The position numbers were made by a program, and so were the translations under genes. This document shows, one piece after another, positions 46,141 through 59,341 of a stretch of 64,000 bases of DNA (position 1 is its first letter; every line of letters starts with the position of its first letter). Source of the DNA: Selaginella moellendorffii. Its lineage: Eukaryota; Plantae; Lycopodiophyta. The stretch is taken from the NCBI RefSeq assembly GCF_000143415.4, contig NW_003314326.1, forward strand, positions 755,609 through 819,608. The letters are read 5' to 3'. The notes beneath the pieces were generated by a model. It ran no database searches. It had not been told where the DNA came from and saw only the letters and a list, made by a program, of their open reading frames with translations.

Positions 46141-47732
46141 TCAACTAGGAGGAGCCTGCGCTGCAAAATCCGGGTACCTCTCTTTCGTCAAGCCGTGAAG
46201 CCACCGAGCAAAGACCCCGTCCTTGGCTTCGGTGGAAGCAATGTGGGGATAGATCACCTCGGTCTTAAACTCGGCAATTTCCTTCTCGAACGACTTTAGC
46301 GAGACCTCTTCGTGGCTTCCCGCGAATCTCTGGTTATACGCAGTGTACAAGCACTCGTCGAGGAAGAGGCCGAGCTCCGGTGCCATTGGAACTCCGATCT
46401 TCGTGTCCCTGAAAGTTTCCGAAACTTAAGAGACAACAAAGAACGAAGAACCAAATCTTACCTCCGAAAGGCTCTCTCGAAGATGGTCTCCGGAGCATCA
46501 CCTCGCATCACCGCCACGGCCAGGCCGATCATCTTGCGGATCTGGTGAAGCATGAAGCTCTGGCCGATCACTGTGCACCGGACAAACTTGCAGCCTTGGA
46601 TCGTGAAAACTTCGCCGGCCTCGTACGAGGTGATATACCGCTGCGTGCTTGGATCCTCCGGCTTGACACGGCACGTAAAGTTGTGAAAGTAGCGAGTCCC
46701 AACGTAGTTTTGGAGGATCTTCGTGAGCTTGGCTCGCTCCTCGTCACCGAAAGTGAATCCGGTCTCGAGATCACTGCTTGTGCAGGTGCAAGTCGGAGTG
46801 AATCTGCCGGTGGTAGTGCCGGTGGTGGAAGTGGTGTCTTCCTCTACATCCTCGCTGGTGATAGCTTCTCCCGGATTGTCTCCCGGATTGGCTGCTTCGA
46901 TGGTCGGGCTCTCGACTCGGTGGGAGGCCGGATCCAAGGCGAAAACCGGAAGAACATACTCGTACCTCCGCCTGTCGCAGAGATTCTTGGCACTAAACGT
47001 TCCTGTCACCCTCGTGAATCCCAGCACCCGGATCTGCTTTGGGAGATGGGAGTTGACACGCTCCACAAAGCCAGGCGGATCCACGAAGAACCTCCCGGAC
47101 ACCACTTGGCCTGCGGCACTGACTCCCTTGTCCGTCCTCGCAGCTCTCGCCCAGTCGATCTTCCTGGGGTCCCCGAAAGTTGACTCCGCGATGGCACCCG
47201 CCTTGAACAGCGCTTCCTCGAGATCGCCCTCGATGGTCTTGCAGCCTTTGTTGCGCTGCATCCCCTGGTAGCCATAGCCGCTGTAAGAAACGAAGATGGC
47301 GATCTTCCTCTTCTTGTAGCGCGCTGGCTTCTTGGCGTCTCTAGTTTCCCTTGTATCCTGGGAAGCTCCTTGCGAAGCTTGTACTCCATCAGGAACAAAG
47401 GCAGCGATATCATCTTCGTCTAGCTTCTTTCGTTTGAGCCCAGCTTTTTCTTTCTCAATCTCCTCTTCTTTGCCGAGAGTTTCTTCTTTCGCAGCCGCTA
47501 CTATTTCCTCCAGCTCCCCGCTACCTATTTCTTTCTGGAGATCTACACTTTCTTCCCCAGTACCTCTTAAAGAATTTGGGGCATCAGCGGGAGTAGAATC
47601 CCCCTGCTGCTGCCCCTCTTCTATATTTCGGACCTTTAGCTCCATCCCTTCTGCTATTGCCTCTCTTCCAACCGCTGGGAAGCTTTCTTCACTGGAAATT
47701 GTAGCAATGCCGTCGACTGCGCTCGAATCCAT
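46141..47732 (-). CDS. tRNA pseudouridine synthase (TruA/PUS1 family), 2 exons
   Basis: YSGYGYQGMQ, AARTDKGVSAAGQ (catalytic Asp), CDRRRYEY, GQSFMLHQIRKMIG, PMAPELGLFL. Confidence 0.93.
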
Positions 47733-47954
47733 CGATTTTCTCTACACTAGGCCATGGATTTCCACCAGCGCTGCTTCTGGCGCATACCTGGGAGTGCTGT
47801 GATTCAGCCGATCTCTGCGTACCAGACCGCCACACCGCACATTTCCCTAGAACCCTAGCCTTCCTTAAACCCTAACCAAATATAGCTCCACATCTGACCG
47901 TTGGATTTCCGCTAAACCAAACGTCGAGATCCTAGAACCCTAAAATGCTGTGCC

Positions 47955-49967
47955 ATGGTTTTGCAGGGGAGGAGATCGTTGGCGCTATGGGGCGGAATGA
48001 CGCTCGCCGCGATCGCGAGGCTGCTTTTACTGATGTCAGGCGCTTCCGCGCGGCTTAGTCGATCGGTGGAAATCGCTACTCCGGTCACTAGTCTCGTTCG
48101 ATGTAAGGCTGATTGCTTGATCCCGATGAGCTACATTTTTATAGATATTTCCAGTGGAGGAGGGATTTTGGCTCAAGAAGCTGGGATTGTCTCCTTATGC
48201 CGGTGAGAAAACACTTCCTTGTTCCATTTTTCTCTAGCTTGCTAGTTTGCTACAGGATCTGTTTATCATGGATCTCCATTGCTGCTGGAAATCATCGGTC
48301 CGCTTGGCGCAAATAGGTGAGAGGATATTTCAAATTTTTCTCAAGGAAAAGCCAACGTTGTCTCGCTGTGACAGCCCCATTCTTTTTCTTCTTTCGGATT
48401 TCGCTACGGCTCTGTTGATAATTCTCATTGGAAAGCGTCTCTCGGCTGCTCGCGATCACTACACTCGTCTTCTGGAGCTGCCAATACCTTCCCAAGGCAA
48501 GAGAAAAGTAAGATTGGAACATTGGAATCACACATTCCATGCTTTTTCTTACAGGTGAAACGCTTGACATTGGAGAGATAGCCGCGCTACTCTATCTTTT
48601 TAATCCCTTCACAGTCTTTGTCTGTGTTGGAGGATCGACGTCGTCTTTCGAAAGCTTCGTTGTATGCTTGGCTCTCTACGCTTCGTTAGAAGGTGCGGCA
48701 TATCAAACTTTGGAATTTATTTTCTTTCTTTCGAAACCATATTTTTCTATGCAGGAAATGCTCCGCTTGCTGCTTTTGCGTGGGTGATGGCTTCGCACTT
48801 CGCAATGTATCCTCTTGTTCTGTTAATTCCGGTAACTTCACGCACTTTCGATCTAGCAACTCACATTCTTTGCGTTTTCTTTTTGAAGATCGCGTCGGCG
48901 TTGTGTTGCGGACCAGACAAGCCCCGCTCCAAAATATTCAGGCTAAAGTCTTCAGAATCTCTGAAGTCCTCGACCAACGTTCAATGGCAAAAGCTCTGGA
49001 GCTTTATCCTCTGGTCAGCCGTCTGGTCGTCTTGCGTACTGGGATTGTGTAACCGGATTCTTCGTCACGATGGAGGTCTCGGAGAAATGCTAAGAGAGTA
49101 AGCGTTCTTTTCTTCTCGCTCGTTCTCTTTGGTCGCTTTGAAATAAGCTTTACATCTTTTGCAGGACGTATGGCTTCATTTTAACTGTCAAAGATCTCAC
49201 TCCAAACATTGGAGTGTATTGGTACGTAGTCCTTTTGTTTTCTTACTACAACTACCTCGCTTCCTCAATCCTTTGCTTTCAGGTACTTTTTTACCGAGGT
49301 GTTCGACTTCTATCGGTCATTCTTCCTCATGGTGTTTCATGGCAACATATTTTGCATGATAGCACCACTGTCTATATGCTTCTATCACCGACCGATTTTT
49401 CTTTCTTTTATTTTAATGGCGGTTGTCTCGACTCTAAAGTCTTACCCATCGGTAAGATGTCTCCTTGCAACTTAAGCGTTCTTATATTGCTTTGCTCAGG
49501 TTGGAGACGCGGCGTTGTATTTGGGACTGATGGGCCTTTTTACTCACGAGCTCTCTGGTTGTATTCCTTTGGATTTGGATCAGAGGTTTATGAAATTTTT
49601 GCTTCAGATTTTAAGTACGCGTTCCTTCTCCTCAATTCCTACATTTGCGTTGCAGCTCTTGGGCCCGTGATGTTCAACCTATGGATTTGGAGGGTATTTA
49701 TTTCTTTTCTTTGTTCATCAATCATTTCATGCCTCTTTCTTCTTTTCCTTCTTTTCTTCAGGGAACAGGAAATGCCAACTTCTATTTTGCGACTGCTTTG
49801 GCCTATGCGTTTGTCCAGGTAAACGCGGTCTTTCTTTGCTAGGCTAACGAAAGGAAACTCGGCAGACAATTTTGATCGTTGAAAGCGTCAACTCGATGCT
49901 ACGCTTCGAGCGAGGCCTCAAGCTGACAATCAAAACAACACTGTCAAGCTCTAAGAAAGACAATTGA
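47955..49967 (+). CDS. PIGU: GPI transamidase subunit PIG-U (multi-exon)
   Basis: VEIATPVTSL, YLFNPFTV, DLTPNIGVYWYFFTEVFDFY, LKSYPSVGD, LWIWRGTGNANFYFA. Confidence 0.92.
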
Positions 49968-50513
49968 AAACCTATGATTTACTACAACTTTAACATATTT
50001 TTATTATTTCAAGTGGCTAACAGCTTTCAGAGGCGGCAGAATGGCCCATCTTCACAACCAGCTTTCGACATTCATCATGTGATCTTAGCAGTACTGAATT
50101 GGAGATCACTGACGTTAAGCCTTGATTGCTGCCATAAGTTAATCCATATGTGCATAGTCTATAAACGATTTACTATGCTCATTGTTAGAAATAGTATACA
50201 AAAAACACCAGACAATTCTGTGGGCAATACACAACATCTTTAAATTGGACAAAGTGCCTGCGCAGAGACACAACTAATTTACTTCACATTCAAGCTATCA
50301 AACGGAACATTTCAGTCTCTATCAACTTTGGCCGAATGAAGTTAACGTCGATTGTTGCGGTCGCAAGCAGAGCCATGCTGTGAGGGATTGACGATAAGGT
50401 TTCTCTTCTTTGAATATTTCCATGTCCACACGTTATGAAGAGGATATTGTCGTTTAAAAGGGAGCTTCATCGATCTGCTTGATTATTCTTTTCTTCTTTT
50501 TCCACTTCGAAGA

Positions 50514-52016
50514 ATGTCAGAAACAGAAGCATTGCTGCTGATGGTATGCTTCTTACTTGCTCACGCAGCAGCAGATCTCAATGAGGAGATGAGAGATTTT
50601 CTCCGAGACGTGAATCCTCCGTTTGTCACAAATCATACGGTTTGTTTTTTCGTTTTCAGATCCTTGTGAACACGATTTGCAGTTATCAAATGGAGACATC
50701 ATCCTCTGCGTCCCAATTAAAAATCAACTGTCTCTAAGAAACCAGACACTGCAGCTTCTGGTAAGCTGTCCAACATGGATGAAAACTAATGATTTCTCGT
50801 CTAGCCTCCTCAAATGATGAGCAAACAAGAGCACAATCGATCAGAAAATTCCGGTCAGCTGTTTGGTTTAGAAGTTGGATCGTGCAAGGAAAACACAATA
50901 CCGGTGTTGCACACTTCGAATACCATAGCCGCAAGATTTGATTCTGTGAGGAAGCTAACCAAAAAACATTCCTCTGGAAAAAATCGAGTGCCATTGGCTG
51001 ATGAAGAACCTGGCGTAGAAACTCACGAGGTAATACAGTAATCTAGCAGGATCTGATCAAAACTCTCAAGAGTTGATGATACTTTGCATGACCATGACAG
51101 CATGGCTACAACCAGTTGAACGGCAACTTCCGAGGGATGGAAACAACTATAAATGTTTGGGAGCCATACGTGGAAAAAACTTCCGAGTTCAGTCTGGCAC
51201 AGTTATGGATCATCTCAAAAAAATTAGGCCCATTGAACACAATTGAAGCTGGATGGCAGGTATGTACGCACTTCTAGAAATCAGTCATATTCTTATTTAC
51301 TGAACCTTTCTTGAAGATTTATCCTAAATTCTATGGAGGAACAGGACCTCGACTCTTTGTCTACTGGACGGTAAACCAGACTGGTAATAAAACATTGTAT
51401 AAGCATTGTCAATGGCAGGCTGATGGCTACGATAAAACTGGCTGTTATAACCTGCGATGCCAAGGCTTTGTACAAACAAGCAACAAGTACGTACTAGGAG
51501 GATCATTTTCGAGCGTATCCACTCCAGACTCTACACAATATGAGAAAACCTTACGTGTTTTCCAGGTCCATAGTCCAGACTACGTAAAAAACATGCATAA
51601 AAGCTATTAAATGGTTTTGAATTTTTCAGGACGATAGCTCAAAGAATTGGTGGCTACAAATTGACGGGGAAAGTATTGGATACTGGCCTGCAAGCCTTTT
51701 TCAATCTCTACAGAATGGTGCTGAGACATTGGAAGCTGGCGGTGAAGTCTGTTATGATAAAGAAAGTGGAGTAAGACACACAAAGACTGGTATGGGAAGT
51801 GGAGAATTTCCATCCCAGGGATATCTTAAAGCTGCATACCAGAGAAGAATACAGTACCTGGATTCCAATGGAGTAATGCAGCCAGCAATTGGGATGAAAA
51901 GTGGAGCTGAAGTACCTAAATGCTACACTGCTACTAGTGTTGCTGCTGACAAGGGAGATGACTGGGGTGCATATTTCTTCTTTGGAGGCCCTGGATATAG
52001 CAACAAGTGCCCATAA
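50514..52016 (+). CDS. Secreted neprosin-family glutamic peptidase (DUF4409 + DUF239)
   Basis: Signal peptide; NGDIILCVPI; INVWEP...EFSLAQLWI; NTIEAGWQ; RLFVYWT/ADGYDKTGCYNLRCQGFVQ; GGEV; MGSGEFP; FFFGGPG. Confidence 0.9.
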
Positions 52017-52546
52017 ACCTTGCAAAAGGCAAAAAAGTGTATAAGCTGAAATAAAAAAAATTATGAGATCCATACTCCATTTCGAGGATAGGAAGTAAGA
52101 ATAAAACAAAACAATTTCTCCATCAAGAAAGGGGCATTTCACCAAACCTCTTGTAGCAAACTATACTATTGACATGATTAAATAAGATTAATACCTGAAT
52201 CCAAGCAAAAGGCTTGTTATCTCGTTCTATCCTACATGTCTGCAGGGTGATGCCTGTGCTCCGTGATTTGCGAAAGCTAATCTCACTGTGTTCAATTAGC
52301 ATCCTCAAGAACAGGCTTCAATGCAACAACCTTGTGGAGATGTACAACATTTGTGGCAGCCTGGGCTTTGCATAGGAGAACTTTGGCACATGAGGACTTG
52401 AGCATGCTAAATGGGTATTTGTGAGCCTTGAGTTCATAAGTTGAAGAGTTGAGTTTATGAGTTGAGTTTAAGTTTTAATTATAGTTTAAGACAAACATTA
52501 TAAACTTTAAAATATTAAAGTTATAGTGAACTTAATAATTTCACAA

Positions 52547-52632
52547 ACTCTCTACACATTATATATATCAAAATGTTATCAATAACACTTCTCTCTACAC
52601 ATTATATATATCAAATGTTATCAGTGACACTT
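52547..52632. repeat. Tandem duplication of an ~43-bp AT-rich unit
   Basis: CTCTCTACACATTATATATATCAAA(A)TGTTATCA..ACACTT occurs twice in a row. Confidence 0.85.
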
Positions 52633-54225
52633 TTTGTTCTAAGGAACTCCAGATGCAAAGACTTTATTAGCTGTTCCAATAGTTTTATGTAATGTAGATT
52701 TTTGGTGGTGGAATTGGCTTAAGGAATTTTATATTGCAGATAAGAAACCACTAGTGTTTACCATGGATGAGTTTGAGGTTGCTTTTTGCTTACATTTTTT
52801 CCCTTACTATGACATGGAGAATGCTCACACAAAACTTCAATATTTTTAACAAGGGAAAATTATGCTTAAGGACTATATTAAGAAGTTTATTTGCTTGATT
52901 AGCCATATTCTAATGAAGGATCTAGATCAGAACAAATCTTACTTTATGAGATTTTAATTTAAATTTACCTTTTGCATTGTCTAAATCTTCCTTTTCTTAT
53001 AGTTTTTCTTAACTTCTTATCTTTCACTCTTTCCTTTTTATTCACCTTCATGGTAGAGTAGTAACTTCTTCCTCTTTTGACTCTAGAACAACAATTGATG
53101 CAATTATTTGATGCTTTGTAGTTGTAGTTGAACAATGAAACTCAATTGATAGCAACATTCACAGTGTAGAGTATAGTGTAAGCGACTAATTTTTCCATTT
53201 TACTTTAGTCACTTAACCACACCTTCAACCACTTGGAAGAGTTTCATTCACAACCTCCTTAAATCCAATTCAGGACTTAGGACTTGCTAGCCCCGAGAAT
53301 GGCATCCATACCACTCATCCCTTGCACTTAGTCCAAGTGCTCCATGTGTCCAGTCCTAAGACCAACACCCAAAGGTACCATTGACATATCGGCCTGTAAT
53401 GCTAAGGCCATACCCATTCACCTTTGTCGCACTAATGGTCCAATACCACTTACATCACAATCCCGTCTCTCCAAGACTGGGCTATTCGTCCATGAGTGGT
53501 CATCCCAGATCCACTCTTTAGCATCCTTAGGATGCCCACAGACATGGGGAATAGCCTTCCTCAATATCCCTTTGTTAGTTCCTACCAAGTCCCTTTTCTG
53601 TCTATGGCCATGTTCGCCAACACTGCCACTATATCAAGGCCCACATGCCCGACCACTAAGTCCCATGGTCCTCTGGGACTTCCTCACCATGTGACTATAT
53701 CCTTAGTCACTACACTAGAGGACTGTTCCTCCTCCTTTCCCCCATTTGGGACTCCGGGACAACATTTCGGAACACCGTGGGCCTACGCGAGCCCCGTGGG
53801 TACTCTCCCCACCTTCCGCCTTTAGGTGCTCTAGCCATGGGCTTAGAGCGAGGTTCTGTTGAGCCACGCCTGGTATCCAAGTAGGTAGTGCCACCCACAC
53901 TTGGACTGGGAGCATCAGTCAGTTGATCTCCCGGGGGAACTAGAGTCGGCTCTTGAACATTTCACCAAACTACCCCACTTGTCGGTCCATATTCACTCTA
54001 GTCTTGGATTTCCCAGTGGTCAGTTCATCACCCAACATTGGGTCTAGCCTTCCTGGGCCAAACTGGCCTTTCCTGGCCAAATTGGCTCCATTGTAGTCCT
54101 CCCCTTTACTATACTTTTGGAGCTCACCAAACCCCCCAGGGTCTGGGAGACGAACGCTTTGGGCTTTCACCCTCTCAGACTCAGACTCGAACTCGGACTC
54201 GGACTTGGACTCGGATTCGGACTCG

Positions 54226-55912
54226 TGTAAGCGACTAAATTTTCCATTTTACTTTAGTCACTTAACCGCACCTCCGACCACTTGGAGGAGTCTCATTCAC
54301 AACCTCCATAAGTCCCTCTCAGGACTTGGGGCTTGCTAGCCCCGAGAATGGCATCCATGCCACTCAACCTTTGCACTTGGTCCAAGTGCTCCACGTGTCC
54401 GGTCCAATGACCGACACCCCAAGGTACCACCGACATAGCAGCCCGTTACGCTAAGGCCATGCCCAATCACCTTTGCCACACTGGTAGTCCAATACCACTT
54501 GCATCACAGTCTTGGCTCTCCAAGACTAGGCAAACCATCCATGAGTGGTCATCTCAGATCCACTCCTTAGCATCCTTAGGATGCCCACCGACAAGGGGAA
54601 TAGCCTTCCCCAATATCCCTCTGTCAGTCCCCACTAAGTCCCTTTCTGCCCCTGGCCGTGTTTGCCAACATTGCCACTGGATCGAGACCCACAGGTTCGA
54701 CCACTAAGTCCCACGGTCCTCTGGGACTTCCTCACCACACGACTGTGTCCTTGGTCACTAACCCAGAGGACTGCTCCTCTTCCTTTCCACAGTCTGGGCC
54801 TTTGGGATCACATTTCGGAACACCGTGGCCTTACGTGAGCCACTTGGGTACTCTCCTCGCCTTCTGCCCTTGGGTGCTCTAGCCATGGGCTTAGAGTGGG
54901 GTTCCGTTGAGCCACACCAGGTATCCAAGTAGGTAGTGCCACCCACACTTGGACTGGGAGCATCGGCCAGTCTATCTCCCGGGGGAACTAGAGCCGGCTC
55001 TTGAACACTTCACCAAGCTACCCCGCTTGTCGGTCTGTGTTCACTCTAGTCTTGGACTTCACAGTGGGCAGCTCATCACCCAACACTGGGTCCGGCCTTC
55101 CTAGGCCAAACTGGCCTTTCCTGGCCAAACTGGCTCCACTACAGTCCTCCCCCTACTATACTTTTGGAGCTCACCAAACCCCCCAGGGTCTGGGAGACGA
55201 ACGCTTTGGGCTTTCACCCTCTCAGACTCGGACTCGGACTCGGACTCTGACTCGAACTCGGACTCGGACTCGGACTCGGACTCGGACTCGGACTCGGATT
55301 CGGACTCGGACTCGGACTCGGGCTCTGGCTCGGTCTCGGCCTCGGCCTTGGTCTCGGTCTCGGTCCCGATCTTGGTCTCGGTCTCGGTCCCGGTCTCGGT
55401 CCCGGTCTCGGTCTCGACTTCGGACTCCATCTCGGGTCCATCTCGGACTCCATCTCGGACTCCATCTCAGGTCCATCTCGAACTCCATCTCGGGTCCATC
55501 TCGGACTCCACCTCGGGTCCATCTCGGACTCCATCTTGGACTCCATCTTGGGTCCATCTCAGACTCCACCTCGGGTCCATCTCGGACTCCATCTTGGACT
55601 CCATCTCGGGTCCATCTCGGACTCCACCTCGGGTCCATCTCGGACTCCATCTCGGACTCCATCTCGGGTCCATCTCGGACTCTTCCACGTGTCATGTGTT
55701 GGTCCTTTTGGGGTCCCTTTTTGGAGCCTCGCTTATTGCTCGCTTTGTGCTCATTCCTCGAGCACTTCGTTAGGAGTTCCACTCCCGCTCTCGACCTTTC
55801 AAGTCGGAGCTTTTGGCCCAAACGTGTTACACTCGTTTGGCTTTCGCTTCGGCCACTACCACGTGGCACCCTTCCGGCTCCACTTTGGGGCCTAGGGATT
55901 TTGTGTCTCACA
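54226..55912 (-). mobile_element. Family B solo LTR (younger), nested in the same orientation
   Basis: TGTAAGCGAC...GTCTCACA termini with a perfect TSD ACTCG (54221-54225 and 55913-55917). Confidence 0.93.
55222..55681. repeat. Hexamer/12-mer tandem arrays inside the LTR ((GGACTC)n, (GGTCTC)n, (GGACTCCATCTC)n)
   Basis: Directly visible; related arrays at 1920-2240, 9535-9780, 16378-16640, 55913-56270 and 57385-57610. Confidence 0.95.
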
Positions 55913-57149
55913 ACTCGGTCCCAGTCTCGGTCCTAATCTCGATCTCAGTCTCGGTCCCGGTCTCGATCCTAGTCTCAGTCTCGACCTCGGACTCCATCTC
56001 GGGTCCTTCTCGGACTCCATCTCGGACTCTGTCTTGGTCCATCTCAGACTCCATCTCGGGTCCATCTCGGACTCCATCTCAAACTCCATCTCGGACTCCA
56101 TCTCAGACTCCATCTCAGGTCCATCTCGGACTCCATCTTGGGTCTATCTCAGACTCCATCTCGGACTCCATCTTGGGTCCATCTTGGACTCCATCTTGGA
56201 CTCCATCTCGGATCCATCTCGGGTCCTTCTCGGACTTCATCTCAGACTTCATCTCGGACTCTATCTTGGACACTTCCACGTGTCATGTGTTAGTCCCTTT
56301 TGGGTCCCTTTTTAGAGCCTCGCTTATTGCTCGCTTCGTGCTCATTCTTCAAGCACTTTGTTGGGAGTTCCACTCCTGCTCTCGACCTATCAAGTCGGAG
56401 CTTTTAGTCCAAACGTGTTACGCTCATTTGGCTTTCGCTTCGGCCACTACCACGTGGCACCCTTCCGGCTCCACTTTGGGGCCTAGGGATTTTGTGTCTC
56501 ACATACAGCTCTTCCTACTCTTGCTGCTAATACTTGCATGTCCTTTAACTCCACTTCTTATGGAAGATGGTCATATTCCAATGGAGGTTGATGCTACTGC
56601 TGCCCAAACTTAAGGACAAGAGCAAGGACGTGGTTATAGCTATGATATCTACTATTGGACATATGATAAAGTTAGTCACACTTATTGGTGTTGCCAACAT
56701 TTTCTAAAATAGAGATCTCCATTTCCCAGGTGGAAACCTTGACATCAACAACATCCTGTTGGTGCTAATGTAGTGGAAGGTTTAGACATTGAGATGTTTT
56801 TGAGAAACAAGGAGTTGTACAAGTAGTGGAGGATCTTTGTGCAAATAAGTCAATGACCCCTCCTTTTTTCAGGAGTAAAATCAAGAGGTTCACTCAGCAC
56901 CAATTCATTTAGCATTTCTTAGATGGAGATCTTGGCATCAACAATATCTTGTTGGTGCTGCTGCAATGGAAGATCTAGACACTAAAATGCTTTCAAGAAA
57001 TAAGGAGTCACAGGAATAATGGAGGCTCCTTGCACAAAAAAGGTCAGTGACCCCTCCATCTTTCTTTCAAGAGTATTATCAAGGGGTTCACTTGGCACTA
57101 ATTCATCCAGTATTTACTTTCCAAACTTGTATTTATAACAAGAAGTCTC

Positions 57150-58429
57150 TGTGAGACACAAATTCTAGAGCCTTAAAAGTGGAGCCGAAAGGGTGCCATG
57201 TGGTAATGGCCAAATCAAAAGCTAAATAAGTATAACATGTTTAGACTAAAAACTCCAACTTAAAAAGTCAAGAGTGGGAGTGGAACTCTCAATAAAGTGC
57301 TCAAGGAACAAACATAAAGTGAATAATAAGTAAGCCTCTAGAAAAGGGACATAAGAGGACCAATATATGACATGTGGAAGTGTCAAGATGGACTCAAGAT
57401 AGAGTTTGAGATGGACCTAAGATAGAGTCTAAGATGGAGTCTGAGATGGACCCAAGATGGAGTTTGAGATGGACATGAGATGGAGTCCAAGATGTACCTT
57501 AAATCAAGTCTGAGATGCTTCCAAGATGGAGTCTGAGATGGACCTGAAATGAAGTTTGAGATGGAATCGAGACTAAGTCCGAGTTCAAGTCCAAGTCTGA
57601 GTCTGAGTTTCAATACTAATACAAACTATTGGGTGAAAGCCTAAGCCCAAAGTGATCGTCCCCCTGGGGGGGGGACTACAAAGGGTTCCAAAAATATAAT
57701 AAGGAGAGTGTGGGGGTTAGACCCCAATGGAACTAGTTTGGCCAAAAAAGGCTAGTGTGGCTTAGGAAGGCCATGCCCTTGTGTTGGATGATGATATAAC
57801 CACTAGGAAGTCTAAAGCACCCACGAGGCTTATATAGGGCCATGGTGTTTCAAAATGTCATCCCAAAATCCCAAACTATGGAAAAAAGAGAAGCAATCCC
57901 CTTGTGTGGTGACCAAAAATGTGGTCATGTGGCAAGGAAGTCCCAGAGGTCCATGGGACATAATGGTTGGGCTTTCAAACCCTGACTTAGTAGCAATGTT
58001 GGTGAATATTGTGACTTGGTGCGGACTGAAAAAGGGATATTGAGGAAAGTTGTTCCCTATATCTGTGGGCATCCTAAAAATGCTAAAGAGTGGATTTGAG
58101 ATGATCACTTATAGATGGATGGCCCAATCATTAGGAGACAAAACTGTGATGTAAGTGGTGTTGGACTACCATGGTGACAAAGGTGAATGGGCATGGCTTT
58201 AGCATAATAAATTTATATGTCGGTGGTACTTTTGGGTGTCGGTCATAAGATTGGACATGTGGAGCACTTGGACCAAGTGCAAAGGTTAAGTGGCATAGAT
58301 GCCATTTTCAGGGCTAGCAAGTCCTCAAGTTTGGAATAGGACTTATGGAGTTTGTGAGTGAGACTTCTCCATGTGGTCGAAGGTGTGGTTAAGTGATAAA
58401 AAGTAGAATGAAAAATTTAGTTTTTTACA
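57150..58429 (+). mobile_element. Family B solo LTR (heavily mutated, internal deletion)
   Basis: TGTGAGACAC...TTACA termini; flanks GTCTC / ATCTC; lacks part of the block seen in the other copies near 57820. Confidence 0.88.
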
Positions 58430-59341
58430 ATCTCTTATTATTCTCTTTGTATTAGTCGATACAAGCTTAAGTTTATCTTCTATTGCTCAGCATATTACCA
58501 CATATTAGCATCTATATTTGCATTGTGTAGTAGAGCTATTTTTCATTCTTTATGGCAAAAGCCATACATACACATATGTACAAGATGAGGTAGATTTAGT
58601 TGTGTATGTGGGTTATTTCGAGCTTGAGTTGCAATTATTGCAGGTGGTGCTAAGTCAAGCTTTTAACCTCATCTTTGGTATGGATTGGTTGCCCTATAAT
58701 TATACCAAGTGTGATTTTGAGGCTTCTTCTTCTTTTATACTTTTTTATATTTTTTTTATTCCTCTCACTTTTATTCTTTTTTATTTCTTTATTTCTACTT
58801 CTACTTTCATCATTTTTGTCTCCCCATTACTTCCTCTTATGTTCTATTTTCCTTTTAATTGTCTTTGTGTTGCAATGGTTGATTGGCTTATAAAGGAGTA
58901 TGCCGATCTTTTTGATTTTGACCTATTGTTTAGGGCTAAGATTGCAATACGTCATCGTATTCCAACTAGGGATAATTGTCCAATCAAGGTTTCTATTCAT
59001 CGTTAGTCACCTAAAGAGATCAAAATTTTACATACAAACATCAAGGAGATGTAGTTATTCGAAAATTACAGAATCTTTGGGTATGTGAACCTCATTTTGT
59101 GACAAAGTTTAATGGGAGTATTTGTTTTTACATCAACTATCTTTTGTTAAATGAAGTGACAATCCCAAATGTGTACCCTCTTCCTCACACTATTGATCTT
59201 TTGGATAGTCTAAGGTAAAGTCATTGGTTCACCAAGTTAAATCTTGCTTTTGGGTACTGCAAGTGCTGATAACTGAGGAAGATATTCTTAAGATTGTTTT
59301 TTGTACACCATTTTTTTTTATATAAATTTTTGGTGATGCCG

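Larger units (their letters stand above)
53177..56503 (-). mobile_element. Family B solo LTR (older), containing a nested younger copy
   Basis: TGTAAGCGAC...GTCTCACA termini; flanks TATAG (53172-53176) and TACAG (56504-56508). Confidence 0.9.
52680..59340 (+). pseudogene. Old decayed Gypsy gag-PR-RT remnant, split by solo LTR insertions
   Basis: gag-like TMDEFEVAF...QGKIMLKDYIKKF (~52760-52900); PMEVDA plus Zn-knuckle remnant (~56575-56700); protease FNLIFGMDWL (~58670); RT YPLPHTIDLLDSL...FTKLNLAFGY (~59170-59340). Confidence 0.7.

Noticed and set aside
55222-55681. Regular repeats as a possible CRISPR array
   Set aside because: No unique spacers, no cas genes, and a eukaryotic LTR context.
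55001-56613. Long ORFs encoding SR/RD/ES/RT dipeptide repeats (also 1888-2318 and 16369-16636)
   Set aside because: They are by-products of stop-free hexamer arrays in LTRs, open in several frames on both strands, with no domain content.
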